A stretch of 64,000 nucleotides of DNA from an uncultured Verrucomicrobiae bacterium (GCA_963815455.1 CAWFGO010000001.1:608001-672000), one strand, 5' to 3'. Shown: positions 19,695 through 31,498, counted from the stretch's first letter. Numbers and translations: made by a program. The notes: generated by a model not told the origin, from the sequence alone.

Positions 19695-21766
19695 TGAAGC
19701 GCACGTGAAAAAAAAATTTCAGACACGCGCGGTTTTGGCGATGTCGATCTTGCTTATCGCTGTTGCGCTGATCGCCACAAACAAAGCTTTTGGAAAAAAG
19801 CCTCTGCGTTTTCAGCCGGAATGGGCTGCGTTATCACCAGTGCTGGGCAACTATCCGAACATATCCATCCCGCTCAGCGCAAATACAGCGGTTCCTCCTG
19901 ATGCCACGCCAATCAATGTGACAAGCATCAATGTCTCAACCTCGACCGGCTTCAAAGGCAGGCTTGAAGGCTATCCGGCAACGGGTGTGGTGCGCGTGAC
20001 GGACGCGCATCCGGCCGGAATTTTTACCGTAACCGTCAAAGCGTTCGACAGCGGTGGCGCGAGCACGACCAAGACATTTACGTTGACGGTAACAACGCCG
20101 GCAATGTGCTTCCCGGTGAGCTTCGCAGCGGGAGCCGTCAACGTTGGCAGAAGTCCCTATTCAATAGCAGTGGGTGATTTTAATGGCGATGGCAGGCAAG
20201 ATCTCGTCGTAGCGGACTTGAACATGTCGATCTTGTTGGGCGATGACATGGGCAATTTTAGCGTCTCTGCAAATTTCGGCGCCGGTAGTCGCCCTATCTC
20301 GGTAGCAGTGGGTGATTTTAACGGCGATGGAAAGCAAGATCTTGCGGTCGCCAACCATGGCTCGGGCAATGTGTCGATTCTGTTGGGCGATGGCGCAGGC
20401 CACTTTAGCACTGGTGACAAACCTTAGCACTGGCACTTATCCTTGGTCAGTGGCGGTGGGCGATTTCAACACCGACGGCAGGCAAGATCTTGCAGTGGTT
20501 AACTCTTCCTCAGGCACGGTGTCTATTCTGTTAGGCGACGGCGCGGGGAATTTCAGTGCCGCTGCGAATTTCACTCCAGGGAGTGCTCCTGTCTCAGTCG
20601 CGATCGGCGATTTCGACGGCGATGGGAAGCAAGACCTCGCGGTTGCCAACTTCAACTCAAGCAATGTATCGATTCTGTTGGGCGACGGCGCGGGCAGCTT
20701 CAGTCTCGCCAAAAACTTCCCAGTTGCCGCCGATCCTTTATCAGTGGCAGTGGGCGATTTCAACGGCGATGGCAGGCAAGATCTTGCGGTCGCCCACAAT
20801 GAATTCGCAGGCACGGTATCGATTCTCCTAGGCGATGGCACGGGCAATTTCAGCCCCGCCACAAAGTTCAGCGCTCATAGCTATCCCTGGTCGGTGGTCG
20901 TAGGCGATTTCAATGGCGACGGCATCCAGGATCTTGCTGTAGCGAACTCCGACTCCAACGATGTGTCGATCTTGCTTGGGGATGCCAAGGGTAATTTTGG
21001 CCCCCCCTTCGACTTCGGTCTTCCCTATGGTTCGGGTGGTGTTGTGTCAGTAGCGGTGGGCGATTTCAATGGCGATGGCAAGCAAGACCTCGCTGCTGCC
21101 AACACTTTATCGGACGAGGTATGGCTTTTCTTGCGCAACTGCGCCCTAACTCCGACAAGCGTTGCCTCGCGAAAGACACACGGAACGGCCGGACCGTTCG
21201 ACATAGATCTGCCTTTGACCGGTAACTCGGGAATTGAGTGTCGCACGGGCGGGGCGACGAATGACCATCAGTTAATGGTGACCTATGCCGGCAATGTTTT
21301 GATCACTGGAGATCCGCAAGCGGCGGTGACTTCGGGAACGGGCATGATCGGGAGCGGCGGTGTGAGCAATGGCGGCGTGGTGACAATCGCCGGAAATGTT
21401 GTGACGGTTCCGCTGACCAACGTTGCCAATGCGCAGACAATTAACGTCACGCTCTTCGGTCTGAACGGCGGTGGCAATCTCGTCATCCCGATGAGGACGC
21501 TTGCTGGCGACGCTAACGAAAGTGGCGTCGTAAACGCGTCTGATGTTTCATTGGTAAAGTCGCGAATGGGTCAGCCAGTTGATGCGACAAACTTCAGGTC
21601 TGATGTGAACGCCGATGGCGTCAACAACGCCACCGATGTGGCGATCATCAAGTTCAACCTCGGTACCAGCTTGTCCCTTGTGGAACGCAATTCGCCCAAC
21701 GGCCGCAACCGGCGCCTATCCTTGGCGGGATCAAGGAAACGATCGAATATTTCCGCAATTCATTGA
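19687..21766 (+). CDS. Secreted FG-GAP repeat protein with C-terminal dockerin-like module (frameshift near 20410)
   Basis: About 7 [16 protein letters not shown] repeats; [21 protein letters not shown] domain; [12 protein letters not shown] and DVNADG.NNATD EF-hand-like pair. Confidence 0.85.
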
Positions 21767-21853
21767 AACCTTAAGACCGCGCGCGGCGGGGTTCATTAAT
21801 CCGATGCGAGATTTCACTGGCATTTGCGGCGTTTGGGCTCACAATCCTCAGGT

Positions 21854-22399
21854 ATGAAACGGGCGTTTTGGGTCGGGCTTTGCGTTTTGGGACTTGGTTT
21901 TCCCGCGGGGGCCCAGCAAATCAACCCTTCGCTCGACGCCTCTTACGCGTTCGCCCTCTATCGACCGGAAATTTTTAATATGGTGGATGGGTCTACACTG
22001 ATCGAGCGCCTGCCCGTGCGCACCTTTTTGGATGGAACGCTTCTGCCGTTTTCAACCGCGCTTGGCCGGATGGGAACCGCGCCTCTGGAGTTACCCTCGC
22101 TGGCCTTCGTAAGCGTCACCAAAACCAAAAAGGCAAGCGCTTCGCCGGCACGCCGGACGGACGGAAAAGATTTTGAGACGGACGGGAAGGATTCACCCGA
22201 CGACGTGATGATTTCGCAATCGAACCCGCTCCATTACGGCGGGGAAGTCGGCGCGTTCTACGGCGCGTGGAGCGGGAAATACAGTGGCGACGCGATGGGG
22301 ACATATATGCAGGGCAGCGTGGGCAACGACAAATTCCAGATCAACGTCGGCGCTTCCTACCAGGAGTGGAACGTAAACAATCCGCGCGGACGCCACTGA
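21854..22399 (+). CDS. Secreted hypothetical protein
   Basis: Signal peptide MKRAFWVGLCVLGLGFPAGAQ; C-terminal beta-rich GGEVGAFYG...VGNDKFQINVGASY. Confidence 0.7.
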   Translation: MKRAFWVGLCVLGLGFPAGAQQINPSLDASYAFALYRPEIFNMVDGSTLIERLPVRTFLDGTLLPFSTALGRMGTAPLELPSLAFVSVTKTKKASASPARRTDGKDFETDGKDSPDDVMISQSNPLHYGGEVGAFYGAWSGKYSGDAMGTYMQGSVGNDKFQINVGASYQEWNVNNPRGRH

Positions 22400-22453
22400 T
22401 CGCTCCCAGTGCTTCCCGGATCTCGTTGCGTTGAGATCAAAGCGAGCTCGCGC

Positions 22454-22636
22454 ATGAGAGAAAACGAGACCGCTTCGCCAGGCAACCTGCCAAAATCCGC
22501 GAAATCCGCAGTTCATCGCACTGACTCCATCGTTTGTCCCGTATGCGGAGCGGCTGCGGTCCAGGAGAAATGCAAGATCATCTGCCGCAGCGAGATTTGC
22601 CGGGGACGCATCATCATGAATTGCTCCGAGTTTTGA
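22454..22636 (+). CDS. Small Cys-rich putative Zn-finger protein
   Basis: CPVC...KCKIICRSEICRG..MNCSEF. Confidence 0.55.
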   Translation: MRENETASPGNLPKSAKSAVHRTDSIVCPVCGAAAVQEKCKIICRSEICRGRIIMNCSEF

Positions 22637-22771
22637 GTCTCCCAAGCGGCTGACACAGCCGCCTCTACACGAAACTTTCGTCCGTTTCGGCTGGCGTCGA
22701 ATCGTGGAATTGTGGAATCTTGATGAGTCTCGAATAATTCCGCTCACTCATCGCAAGATCGACATCTCCTT

Positions 22772-23350
22772 ATGAAAACAAATCTTCGGCTTGTCCTGTT
22801 CGTCCTATTTCTGCTGCCGGCTGTATCATTTGGGCAAGGCCGCGCGCCCGCGGTCGAGTTTCAGATCTCGAAGATCACCAAGAACCTGATCTCGATGCCG
22901 CAATTCACTTATACAGGCGCCGAGCAATACGCGGTCAACCAGCGCGAAATGTGGCTGGAAGTGGAAGTCACCTTTTCCGCCGCGCCGGAATGGACCGACG
23001 AGCTGACTTTCAAGTATTACATTCTGTTCAATGGGAAACTGCTCACCGGTGAAGTGACGCACACAAACATTCCAGCCGGCCGCGATAATCGCTCGGTCAT
23101 GTACGTCGCGCCGCGCACACTCGATCGATTTGGGGGAAAACGCGTCGTGACCGCGAACATGATTCAGAACGTCGCGGTCCAGCTCATGCAACAGGGCGCG
23201 GTGAAAAGCGAATCGACCTTGCAGCGCGCCCCGCCGCAATGGTTCACCACCATTCCGCAGGTCGCCGGTTATGTTCTGAACAAGAACGAGACGCCGTTCG
23301 CCCCGCTTTACTGGGACCGCTACGAGCAAATCAAGAGCCCGGCCCGGTAA
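22772..23350 (+). CDS. Amuc_1102-like pilus-associated secreted protein
   Basis: Signal peptide; WLEVEVTF, LTFKYYIL and LNKNETPFAPLYWDRY; first gene of the cluster. Confidence 0.7.
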   Translation: MKTNLRLVLFVLFLLPAVSFGQGRAPAVEFQISKITKNLISMPQFTYTGAEQYAVNQREMWLEVEVTFSAAPEWTDELTFKYYILFNGKLLTGEVTHTNIPAGRDNRSVMYVAPRTLDRFGGKRVVTANMIQNVAVQLMQQGAVKSESTLQRAPPQWFTTIPQVAGYVLNKNETPFAPLYWDRYEQIKSPAR

Positions 23351-23395
23351 GGCCGGGAAATCCCAAATGCGTCAAAGCCGTCTCACTAATCACGC

Positions 23396-23489
23396 TGTCA
23401 TTCTGAGCGGAGCGAAGCGGAATCGAAGAATCCCGCGGCCAGATCCAAACGCGACCCCACGGGATCCCTCGACTGGGCTCGGGATGACA
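23396..23489. repeat. tgtcat...atgaca palindromic repeat
   Basis: tgtcattctgagcggagcgaagcgg...gctcgggatgaca; related copy at 62768-62907. Confidence 0.7.
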
Positions 23490-23528
23490 TGTGCATCAAG
23501 GGGTTTTGGAGCTTGGAGCCTCTAGCCT

Positions 23529-25292
23529 ATGGCGACGGCACCGCGCATCATCAGTCTTAACCTCGGGTCGCAGACGATCGGTCTGGCCGAATTTCAGGTC
23601 CAGCCGCACGGCGGCCTGGTGTTGCAGAACTATCGGCTGCGCGAAATCCTGGCCGACCCGGCGGGCGAAGGAATGCGGCAGCCGCAAATGGCGGCGGCGC
23701 TGCGCGAGATGATGAACGAGATGCAAATCAACGGCGGCGACGTCAATTTCGCCGTGGCCGGGCAATCGGTTTTCACCCGGTTCGTGAAATTGCCCGCGGT
23801 AGAAGAGGAAAAAATCGAGCGCATCATTTCGTTCGAGGCGCAGCAGAATGTTCCTTTCCCGATCGACGAGGTTGTTTGGGATTATCAACTCGTCGGGGGC
23901 GGCGCGGAGGAACAAATCCAGGTCGTGCTCGTGGCGATCAAGTCCGATTTGCTCGACGGAATCAACGAATCGGTCGAGGCCACCGGGTTGCGCACGACGG
24001 TTGTCGATGTTGCGCCGATGACGCTTTACAACGCGTTTCGGTATAGTTACAGCGACCTGACCGGCTGTTCGTTGCTGGTCGATATCGGCGCGCGGACGAC
24101 GAATCTTCTTTTCATAGAATCGGGTAAGATTTTCTCCCGCAGCGTTCCGATCGGCGGGAGTTCGATCACCGCTGCGATTGCCAAGGAATTCGGCGACGCG
24201 TTCACCGCGGCAGAATTCCGGAAGAAACGCGACGGCTTCGTCAGCCTGGGAGGCACGTACGCCGAGCCTTCCGATGTCGATGTCGCGCGGTCCTCCAAGA
24301 TTGTGCGGAGCACCATGACCCGGCTGCACGCGGAATTGATGCGGTCGATCAGCCATTACCGGGCGCAGCAGCAGGGCAATTCGCCGGACCGCGTGCTTCT
24401 GTGCGGCGGCAGCGCCAGCATGCCCTACATGCGCGAATTTTTTCACGAGAAATTGCAATTGCCGATCGAGTTTTTTAATCCGCTCCGGAATGTTGCGGTG
24501 GCCGATACGACGCGGGTGACCGAGCTGACGCGGTCGGCCCATTTGTTAGGCGAACTGGTGGGACTTGCCCTCCGCAGCGTCACGACCTGTCCGATGGAGT
24601 TGAACCTGCGCCCGGCCAAGGTGGCTCAGCGGCACGAGCTGGAAAAACGGCGGCCATTTTTTATCGCCGCGGCCGCCTGCCTTGTTCTGGGTCTGCTTGG
24701 CTGGAGCGGATATTACTGGCAGGCCGCGCATGCGACCAGCCACGGCACGGCGCAACTCCAGCAGAAACTCGATGTCATGCACGCTGCCGAGGCGCAGCTG
24801 GACACGCTCCGCAAACAGACAAACGCGCTCGACGGCACAGCCATGCCTCTTATCGAGGCGGTCAACGATCGCAGTTTTTGGCCGCAACTTCTCGAGGATT
24901 TGAATGCGCGTCTGCCAAAAGAGAACATCTGGATAACGGAACTGGTCGCGACTTCCGCCGGCAAACCGATTGGCGTGGATGCGGGGCGCGCGGCGGCGCT
25001 CGCCCCAAGCCCAACTCCGCGGCCCAGTGCCAGTCCGCGCGGTCGAATTGCCGCGGGAAAACCGGCGGCGCCGGCGATCGACGGGATACTGATTCGGGGC
25101 CTGTATTTGCTCAATCCCAAGCAGCAAGATGTGGTGGTCGATTATTTTCGCAACCTGGTGAAGTCGCCCTTTTTCAATGTCGATCCGAAAGATCAATCGC
25201 GCGTGATCAAGTCGACGATACCGAACAACAAACAGTGGGCATTCGACTACGAGCTGCATCTCGAACTGCGTAAACCGATGCCGTTGCCATGA
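23529..25292 (+). CDS. pilM: Type IV pilus assembly PilM with fused PilN-like domain (Amuc_1101-like)
   Basis: Actin-like fold SLNLGSQTI, EAQQNVPFPIDEVVWDY, VDIGARTT, LCGGSA; then LNLRP, TM and IWITEL (PilN-like). Confidence 0.85.
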   Translation: MATAPRIISLNLGSQTIGLAEFQVQPHGGLVLQNYRLREILADPAGEGMRQPQMAAALREMMNEMQINGGDVNFAVAGQSVFTRFVKLPAVEEEKIERIISFEAQQNVPFPIDEVVWDYQLVGGGAEEQIQVVLVAIKSDLLDGINESVEATGLRTTVVDVAPMTLYNAFRYSYSDLTGCSLLVDIGARTTNLLFIESGKIFSRSVPIGGSSITAAIAKEFGDAFTAAEFRKKRDGFVSLGGTYAEPSDVDVARSSKIVRSTMTRLHAELMRSISHYRAQQQGNSPDRVLLCGGSASMPYMREFFHEKLQLPIEFFNPLRNVAVADTTRVTELTRSAHLLGELVGLALRSVTTCPMELNLRPAKVAQRHELEKRRPFFIAAAACLVLGLLGWSGYYWQAAHATSHGTAQLQQKLDVMHAAEAQLDTLRKQTNALDGTAMPLIEAVNDRSFWPQLLEDLNARLPKENIWITELVATSAGKPIGVDAGRAAALAPSPTPRPSASPRGRIAAGKPAAPAIDGILIRGLYLLNPKQQDVVVDYFRNLVKSPFFNVDPKDQSRVIKSTIPNNKQWAFDYELHLELRKPMPLP

Positions 25293-26191
25293 AGGATTGG
25301 TTCCAGAAAAATCAATGGCTCGGCCGGTTCGTGATCGCGACGGGAGGCGCAACATTACTCGCGCTCGTTTTGCTTTTTCTGGCCAAGGGCAGGTACGAGG
25401 ACGCGTCGGCGCGCTTTAACGAAGCGTCGATGGAACGAAGCCGGCTGGAGCGTCTCGATCCGTTCCCAAGCGATGCCAACTACAACAAGATGAAGCAGTA
25501 CATCGAGAACTACGGCGCCGCGCTCGACAAATTCAAAACGGAACTGAAAACACACGTTCCGCCCGCGCCGGCGGAACTCGCGCCGAACGAATTTCAATCC
25601 CGCCTGCGCCAGGCGATGACCGCGACCGTTGACAAAGCACGGGCCAATAAGGTCGAGCTGCCGGAGAATTTTTTCCTCGGGTTCGACGAATTTACCGCGG
25701 CGCTGCCGAACACAGCCGTGGCGCCGCTTCTCGGCCAGGAACTTTCCCAAATCCAGTTGTTGATGAACATCGTGATCGACGCCCGGGTGGACCGCGTGAT
25801 CGCCTTCAAGCGAACGCCGTTGCCGTCGGAAGGAGCGGCCGCGCCAACACCAGCGGCGGGTCCGGGAAAAAAACCCGGGCCGACCACGGCCGGCAGCCGC
25901 GGCGAAAGCGCGAAGCTGATCGAGCGCGGCGTTGTCGATCTTACTTTTACGGGAACGCCAGGGGCAGCGCGGCGAGTGATCAATCAAATCGCCAGCGCGA
26001 ACGACCAGTTCTACATCATTCGCACGTTGCATGTGCGAAACGAAAATGACAAAGGTCCGCTACGAGAGGCAGCCGCCGCCCCTGCGCCCGACGGCACATC
26101 TTCGAGTCCGCAGAGCGCGCTCAATTTCATCGTGGGCAACGAACAGGTCGAAATCGCGGCCAAAATCGAGATCGTGCGATTTACGTACTAA
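25289..26191 (+). CDS. Amuc_1100-like pilus-associated protein
   Basis: N-terminal TM, PNEFQSRL, FFLGFDEF and FIVGNEQVE; ATGA overlap with pilM. Confidence 0.7.
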   Translation: MKDWFQKNQWLGRFVIATGGATLLALVLLFLAKGRYEDASARFNEASMERSRLERLDPFPSDANYNKMKQYIENYGAALDKFKTELKTHVPPAPAELAPNEFQSRLRQAMTATVDKARANKVELPENFFLGFDEFTAALPNTAVAPLLGQELSQIQLLMNIVIDARVDRVIAFKRTPLPSEGAAAPTPAAGPGKKPGPTTAGSRGESAKLIERGVVDLTFTGTPGAARRVINQIASANDQFYIIRTLHVRNENDKGPLREAAAAPAPDGTSSSPQSALNFIVGNEQVEIAAKIEIVRFTY

Positions 26192-26214
26192 TGATGAATG
26201 CTGTGAACACTGCG

Positions 26215-26517
26215 GGTAGCGGTCGCCGCGGCGACCTGGTCAGCGTCTCGCCGTCGCGTCGAAAAAAAGGACGCGCGGAAGCACGTCCCTCCGGAGGGAC
26301 ATGCTTCTGCATGTCCAGGAATCCCGTATAGTTCACGTACTAATATGAAGACGCACGAGATCGAATTTCTGGGGAGCGCACGCGCCCTCGCGTGCACGTT
26401 TCGGCGCCCTCGCCGAAACACATCCAACGCAGCCAGATCAACCGAGCTATGCAAACTTAAAAAATTCGCGATCGCGAGGGCGCGATCGCCGGCACGCGCG
26501 GGCGCGTGCGCTACCCA
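26215..26517. repeat. Cluster of REP/REPIN-like palindromes
   Basis: ggacgcgcggaagcacgtccctcc/ggagggacatgc...gcatgtcc; long inverted pair 26370-26517 (ggggagcgcacgcgcc...ggcgcgtgcgctaccc). Confidence 0.7.
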
Positions 26518-27479
26518 TGGACTGGATTAAAACCCATTACGATCGTGTCGCGGTCATTGCCGCGGCCGTCTTCCTTTTTCTGTGCGCGACATCGATCTGG
26601 CGCAGCGCGGCCCAGTTCGGTGAAAATTTCGCTTCACTGCAAGCGACGGCCCGCCCCAAACCGGCCACGCCACCGGCGATGGCGGTGGCGCTGGACGACG
26701 CGGCGAAAAATCTGAAACAGTCGCCGCAATGGACGTTCAGCGGACGCTCGGGGCTGTTCGTTCCGGAGAAACATTTCGTCGACGCCCAGGGTCAACTGGC
26801 CACGTTGAAATCGACGGAAGTGCATCCGCCGGTCCCTAACGAGTGGCTGGAGCAATTTGGCCTGCCCATTCAGGACGCGAACGTTCTCGAGCAGGATCCG
26901 GACGGCGATGGATTCGACAACGTGACCGAGTGGCGCGGGCATTCCGACCCGAACGACAAAAAATCGCATCCCGATTACGTCGTGGCGTTGAAATTGAAGT
27001 CGGTCCGCAACGAATCGTTCCGGCTGTTGTTCTCAGCCTGGAACCCGGAGACCGAGACGGCCCAGATCGAAACGATCGACTTCAAGGAACCGACCCAGTT
27101 CCTGAAAGTCGGCGATACCATCGGCGGGACCAGATTCAAGATCGTAAAGTTTACCGAGAAACATCAGCCCAACCCGGCGACCGGCGGAGACGAGGACGTT
27201 TCCGAATTGCTGCTCGAGCACGTGAACACGCAGGACCAGCTCACCCTGGTAAAGGAAAAAGTGGCCACCTCGCCCGAACCGGTCGCGACTTTCGTCTATA
27301 CATGGCCGGCGGGCCAGCCCCATCGGGAAATCCAGGTTCGAAAAGAACAGGAATTTTCATTGAAACCGAACGAGCAGATCAAATATAAGTTGGTGGAGGC
27401 CCAGCCGACAAAAGCAGTGATCGTAAACACCCAAAAACCGGATCAACGCATCGAGATCGCAGTCTGGGGCCATAAATAA
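26517..27479 (+). CDS. Amuc_1099-like pilus system protein
   Basis: MDWIK.HYDR, TM, HPPVPNEW and DPDGDGFDN..E....DPND. Confidence 0.7.
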   Translation: MDWIKTHYDRVAVIAAAVFLFLCATSIWRSAAQFGENFASLQATARPKPATPPAMAVALDDAAKNLKQSPQWTFSGRSGLFVPEKHFVDAQGQLATLKSTEVHPPVPNEWLEQFGLPIQDANVLEQDPDGDGFDNVTEWRGHSDPNDKKSHPDYVVALKLKSVRNESFRLLFSAWNPETETAQIETIDFKEPTQFLKVGDTIGGTRFKIVKFTEKHQPNPATGGDEDVSELLLEHVNTQDQLTLVKEKVATSPEPVATFVYTWPAGQPHREIQVRKEQEFSLKPNEQIKYKLVEAQPTKAVIVNTQKPDQRIEIAVWGHK

Positions 27480-27522
27480 TTCGAAATCGAAACTCGAATT
27501 TCGAAATCCGAAACAAATCCAA

Positions 27523-30257
27523 ATGAACAACATAGCCAAAACAGACATGGTTGCGGTTTTTTTCGTTTGGAGCATTTGAAATTTCGGATTTGTTTCGAGA
27601 TTCGGGATTCGGGATTCGGATTTTGCGGCCGGCAACGTTCGGCGATCTTCTTGTCGATCCTCTGCACCACCGGCACGGCGCAGAATGTGGAACGGATCTC
27701 GAAACGGGAAATCCAGCGGCGTCAGGCGGCGTTGACCCAGGGACAGGAAGCGCTCGCCCGGGCCCAGGCCGCGCTGGCGGAAAAGAACTTTGCCCTGGCC
27801 CACGATCAATTTCGCATTGCGATCAATTTTGTTCCCGATGGCGCGGTATCGGGCGATGCTTATACCGCGGCGGTCGATGGTTTTTGCAAGAGCGGGATCG
27901 ACCTGGCCGAACAACGAATCGCCGAAGGCAAGCACGACGAGGCGGAAATGATCGTGCGAGAGATTCTCGACCCGCGGTACAATCCAAATTATCGCCCGGC
28001 GTCGGAGCTGCTGGTTCATTTGCAGACGCCCGGTTATTTCAACCGGACAATGGGACCGAAGTTCATCGACAAGGTTGAGCAGGTAAAAAAACTGCTGACC
28101 GACGCCGACGGTTACTACAATTCCGGCCGGTACGATCTCGCCTTCAAGAAATACGAACAGGTCCTGGCGCTTGATCCCTACAACACGGCCGCCCGGCGCG
28201 GTCAGGAAAGACTCGATCTGACCAAGTACCAGTATAACGAGCAGGCCTACAATGAAACCCGGGCCCGCCAGCTTTGGCAGGTGGAAAAAGGCTGGGAGCA
28301 ACCGGTCCGCAAATACGGCGAAGCGAGCGGGGCGCTGACCGACGCGTTCCAGCGCGATGCGGCCGGGACGGCCCGGATTTCAAACAAGCTGAACACGATC
28401 ATTATTCCGCGGGTTGAATTTCGCGACGCCAGCATTCGGGAGGCGATCGATTTCCTTCGTCAACAAGCCGTGGCCAACGATCCCGCGACCGAGGGCCGCA
28501 AAGGACTCGACATCGTGCTGCGCCTGGCGCCGCTTGGCCAGATTGCCCCTGCCCCTGCGCCAGTAGAATCTGCGCCGCCGCCCGAGATGCCAGCCGGCGC
28601 GCCCGAAGGCGGAGCGCCGGAAGGGGCAGCTCCGATTGTTCAACCGGTGGCGCCGGCGATTTCGCCAGGCAGCGCGCGCATCACGATCACGCTCAACCAA
28701 ATCCCGTTGGGCGAAGCGCTGCGTTACATCGCCAGCCAGGCCGGGCTAAAAGTGAAAATTGAGCCCTACGCGGTGTTGGTCATTCCGATCAACGAACAAA
28801 GCGTCGATTTGATGACCAAAGAATATCGCGTGCCGCCCGGATTTATTTCCAGTTCGCTCAATGCCGGACCTTCTTCGTTAAGTCTCGGCGCCTACAAGAC
28901 CGCGCCCGGCACTGGCGGGACCGGGAAAGACACGCAGGAATCGACCGGGGGCCAGCAGCTCGTGACTCGGGAAGGGGCCAAAGAATTCCTGGAAAGCCAG
29001 GGCGTGCCGTTCCCGCCCGGGTCCAGCGCAAATTTTCTTCCGCAAAGCAGCCGTCTCATTGTGCGCAACACCGCCGACAATCTCGAACTGGTGGATGCGC
29101 TGGTCGAGCAAGCGGCCGTGTCCGGGCCGAAGCAGGTCGAGATCGAATCGAAGTTCATCGAGATTACCCAAAACAATCTCAAAGAACTTGGGTTCGACTG
29201 GTTGCTCGGGCAATTCAATGTCGGCAACCACAGAGTTTTTGGCGGTGGCGGCACATCCGGGTCGGGACCGGCGGTCAGTGGCCAGAATTTTCCGTTTGTC
29301 GATCCGACCACTGGAAATCCGGTCGGGCAATTCCCGATTACCGGCGGCAACCGCAGTGGCAATCTGGCCATCAGCGGCAATGCCATCGACGCTCTTTTGT
29401 TTGGCACTCCGGCAGGTCTCGCTCCGGGAATTTTTGGATTGAGCGGCGTTTTTACCGATCCGCAGTTTCAGGTCGTGGTTAGGGCGCTGAATCAGAAAAA
29501 GGGAATCGATCTTCTCTCCGCCCCGCGAGTGACGACCAAGAGCGGCCAGCGCGCCGTGATCGAAGTGGTGCGCGAGTTCCGGTATCCGACGCAATTTCAG
29601 CCGCCGCAAATTCCCCAAACGTTCCGGCAGGATGAGCTCAATTCGGCTCCGCAGGCCGGCGTGACGCTGATCGCCGTGAGCGGCGGAGGTTTCCCGGTTA
29701 CGCCGACAACCCCGATCGCGTTCGAGACCCGCAACACCGGAATCACCCTGGAAGTGGAACCGGTGGTGGGACCGGACGGAACGACCATCGACCTGAATTT
29801 GGTTCCGCAGGTGGTCGAGTTTGAAGGCTTCATCAACTATGGCAGCCCGATTCAGTCAACATCGTCGTCATTTCTGAATCAACTCACTGGAGGACTGGTT
29901 AGCTCGCCTCCGAGTGTGCTCACCGAGAATGTGATCAACCAGCCCATCTTCAGCTCCCGCAAGATCACCACCAGCATCAGCGTGTGGGACGGGCAGACGG
30001 TTGTGCTGGGCGGACTGATCCGCGAGGACGTCCAGAAGATCGAAGACCGGACGCCAATCGTGGGCGATCTGCCGCTGGTTGGGCGCCTGTTCCGCACCAA
30101 TGTCGATCAACACATCAAGCGCAACCTGATCATCTTCGTCACCGCGCGTCTGGTCACGCCCGGCGGCCAGCCGGTGAACTCGACCGAAGAGGAAGAAGAA
30201 ACGCCCGAACTGCTCCAGCCACCGGTGTTACCGGAAGTGCCGATGTATAAAAAATAG
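27523..30257 (+). CDS. Outer-membrane secretin with N-terminal TPR region (Amuc_1098/PilQ-GspD-like); probable frameshift near 27556-27562
   Basis: QVEIESKFIE, ELGFDW, LLSAPRVTT.SGQRA, GITLEVEP, DGQTVVLGGL and PIVGDLPLVGRLFR...NLIIFVTARL. Confidence 0.9.
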
Positions 30258-30462
30258 GGCAAGGGAAGTTGAGAGTTGATTGCTTTTTTGTTGAGAGACG
30301 ACCCCAAGCTCCTCGCCACGGCGAGTCCGTCCGAGGGCGGACAGGGAAATTTCAATATCCCAGGATTCCACAAAAGCTGATCCATCCGCGTTATCCGCGT
30401 AATCCGCGGTCGGTTTTCGGCCTTTCACCACGAAGGACACGAAGAAACACGAATTCTGTAGG

Positions 30463-30582
30463 GACTCGGATTTCTTACAGAAGATAACAATGGAGCGAGC
30501 GGGACGAGCGATAGAAGGTGAAGCCGCGAGGGTCGACGGCAAGCGATTTGGGCAATGTGCGAATTTCAAAAGGGAACGAAGG
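30463..30582 (+). repeat. Composite direct repeat, copy 1
   Basis: cagaagataacaatggagcgagcgggacgagcga..tagaaggtgaagccgcgagggt.gacggc.agcgatttggg. Confidence 0.85.
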
Positions 30583-30779
30583 TCTCAATTATTAGTTGAC
30601 TTTCAGTTCGGCGCTTTCCCTTGACCCGCGAACCAAGGAGAGACCCACGGATCACGCGAAGGACACGAATTTCCAACCCTGTGGTTCCTTCGGATACAAG
30701 ATGATCTTGCCTTCAAAACCCAAGACGGATTTGAACCTTTGCCCGGCGGATCGTCTAGTCTCGAAGCATGAGCTCGCGG

Positions 30780-31200
30780 AAATTAAGCACGCTGACGAGA
30801 TGCTCTCGCCTTTCGAGTTGCGGAATTGGCATCAACTATTCGGATCAACGCGACGACGCTGCACTGGGTCTCGACAGATCGAGACTGATTTGCCGGAAAG
30901 GCCGCCTGCGACCGTTATTGGAGTGAAATCGAGCATATGGACAAACCGCGTCGGCTGCTCCTTGATGAAACTTCCGTGATTGGCAAGACTGCAAAAGATC
31001 GCTCTCGGCAAACTCCTTCCAAACGATTTCAGTCATGCCCCCGTTTCAAGAGTCGCACGCGAAGCAATACCCAGTGAATGGAAACGCGGGTCGGCTTATC
31101 ATCGTTCATGCGATTTCGAAGAGCGTCACGACCGGATCTGCGTTGTTCGAATCGGGGACGACTATCGCGCGCTCGGCTCACGCGATGAAGCCACTTACCA
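30780..31200 (-). pseudogene. Degenerate RelE/ParE toxin plus antitoxin remnant
   Basis: MTEIVWKEFAESDLLQ start at 31036, continuing across frames (ADRFVHMLDF...); upstream short ORF overlaps the start; ends approximate. Confidence 0.5.
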
Positions 31201-31280
31201 TCGCGTCGAAAGTGCAAGGATTCGGGTAAACGTCACGAACAATACAATCGCTTTCGGTTCTAGCCTAGCCGACGCTCTTC

Positions 31281-31401
31281 GACTCAGATTTGTTATAGAA
31301 GATAACAATGGATCGAGCGGGACGAGCGACATAGAAGGTGAAGCCGCGAGGGTAGACGGCGAGCGATTTGGGAAATAGCGAAGTTGCAAAGGGAACAAAG
31401 G
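31281..31401 (+). repeat. Composite direct repeat, copy 2
   Basis: Same core as copy 1. Confidence 0.85.
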
Positions 31402-31498
31402 GTGGCGAATCGCTGCACATTGTAGGGCGTCTGTGTCAGACGGACACCATCAACAACAACCACGAATGAACACGAAGACACACGAATTTGCTGTAGGG

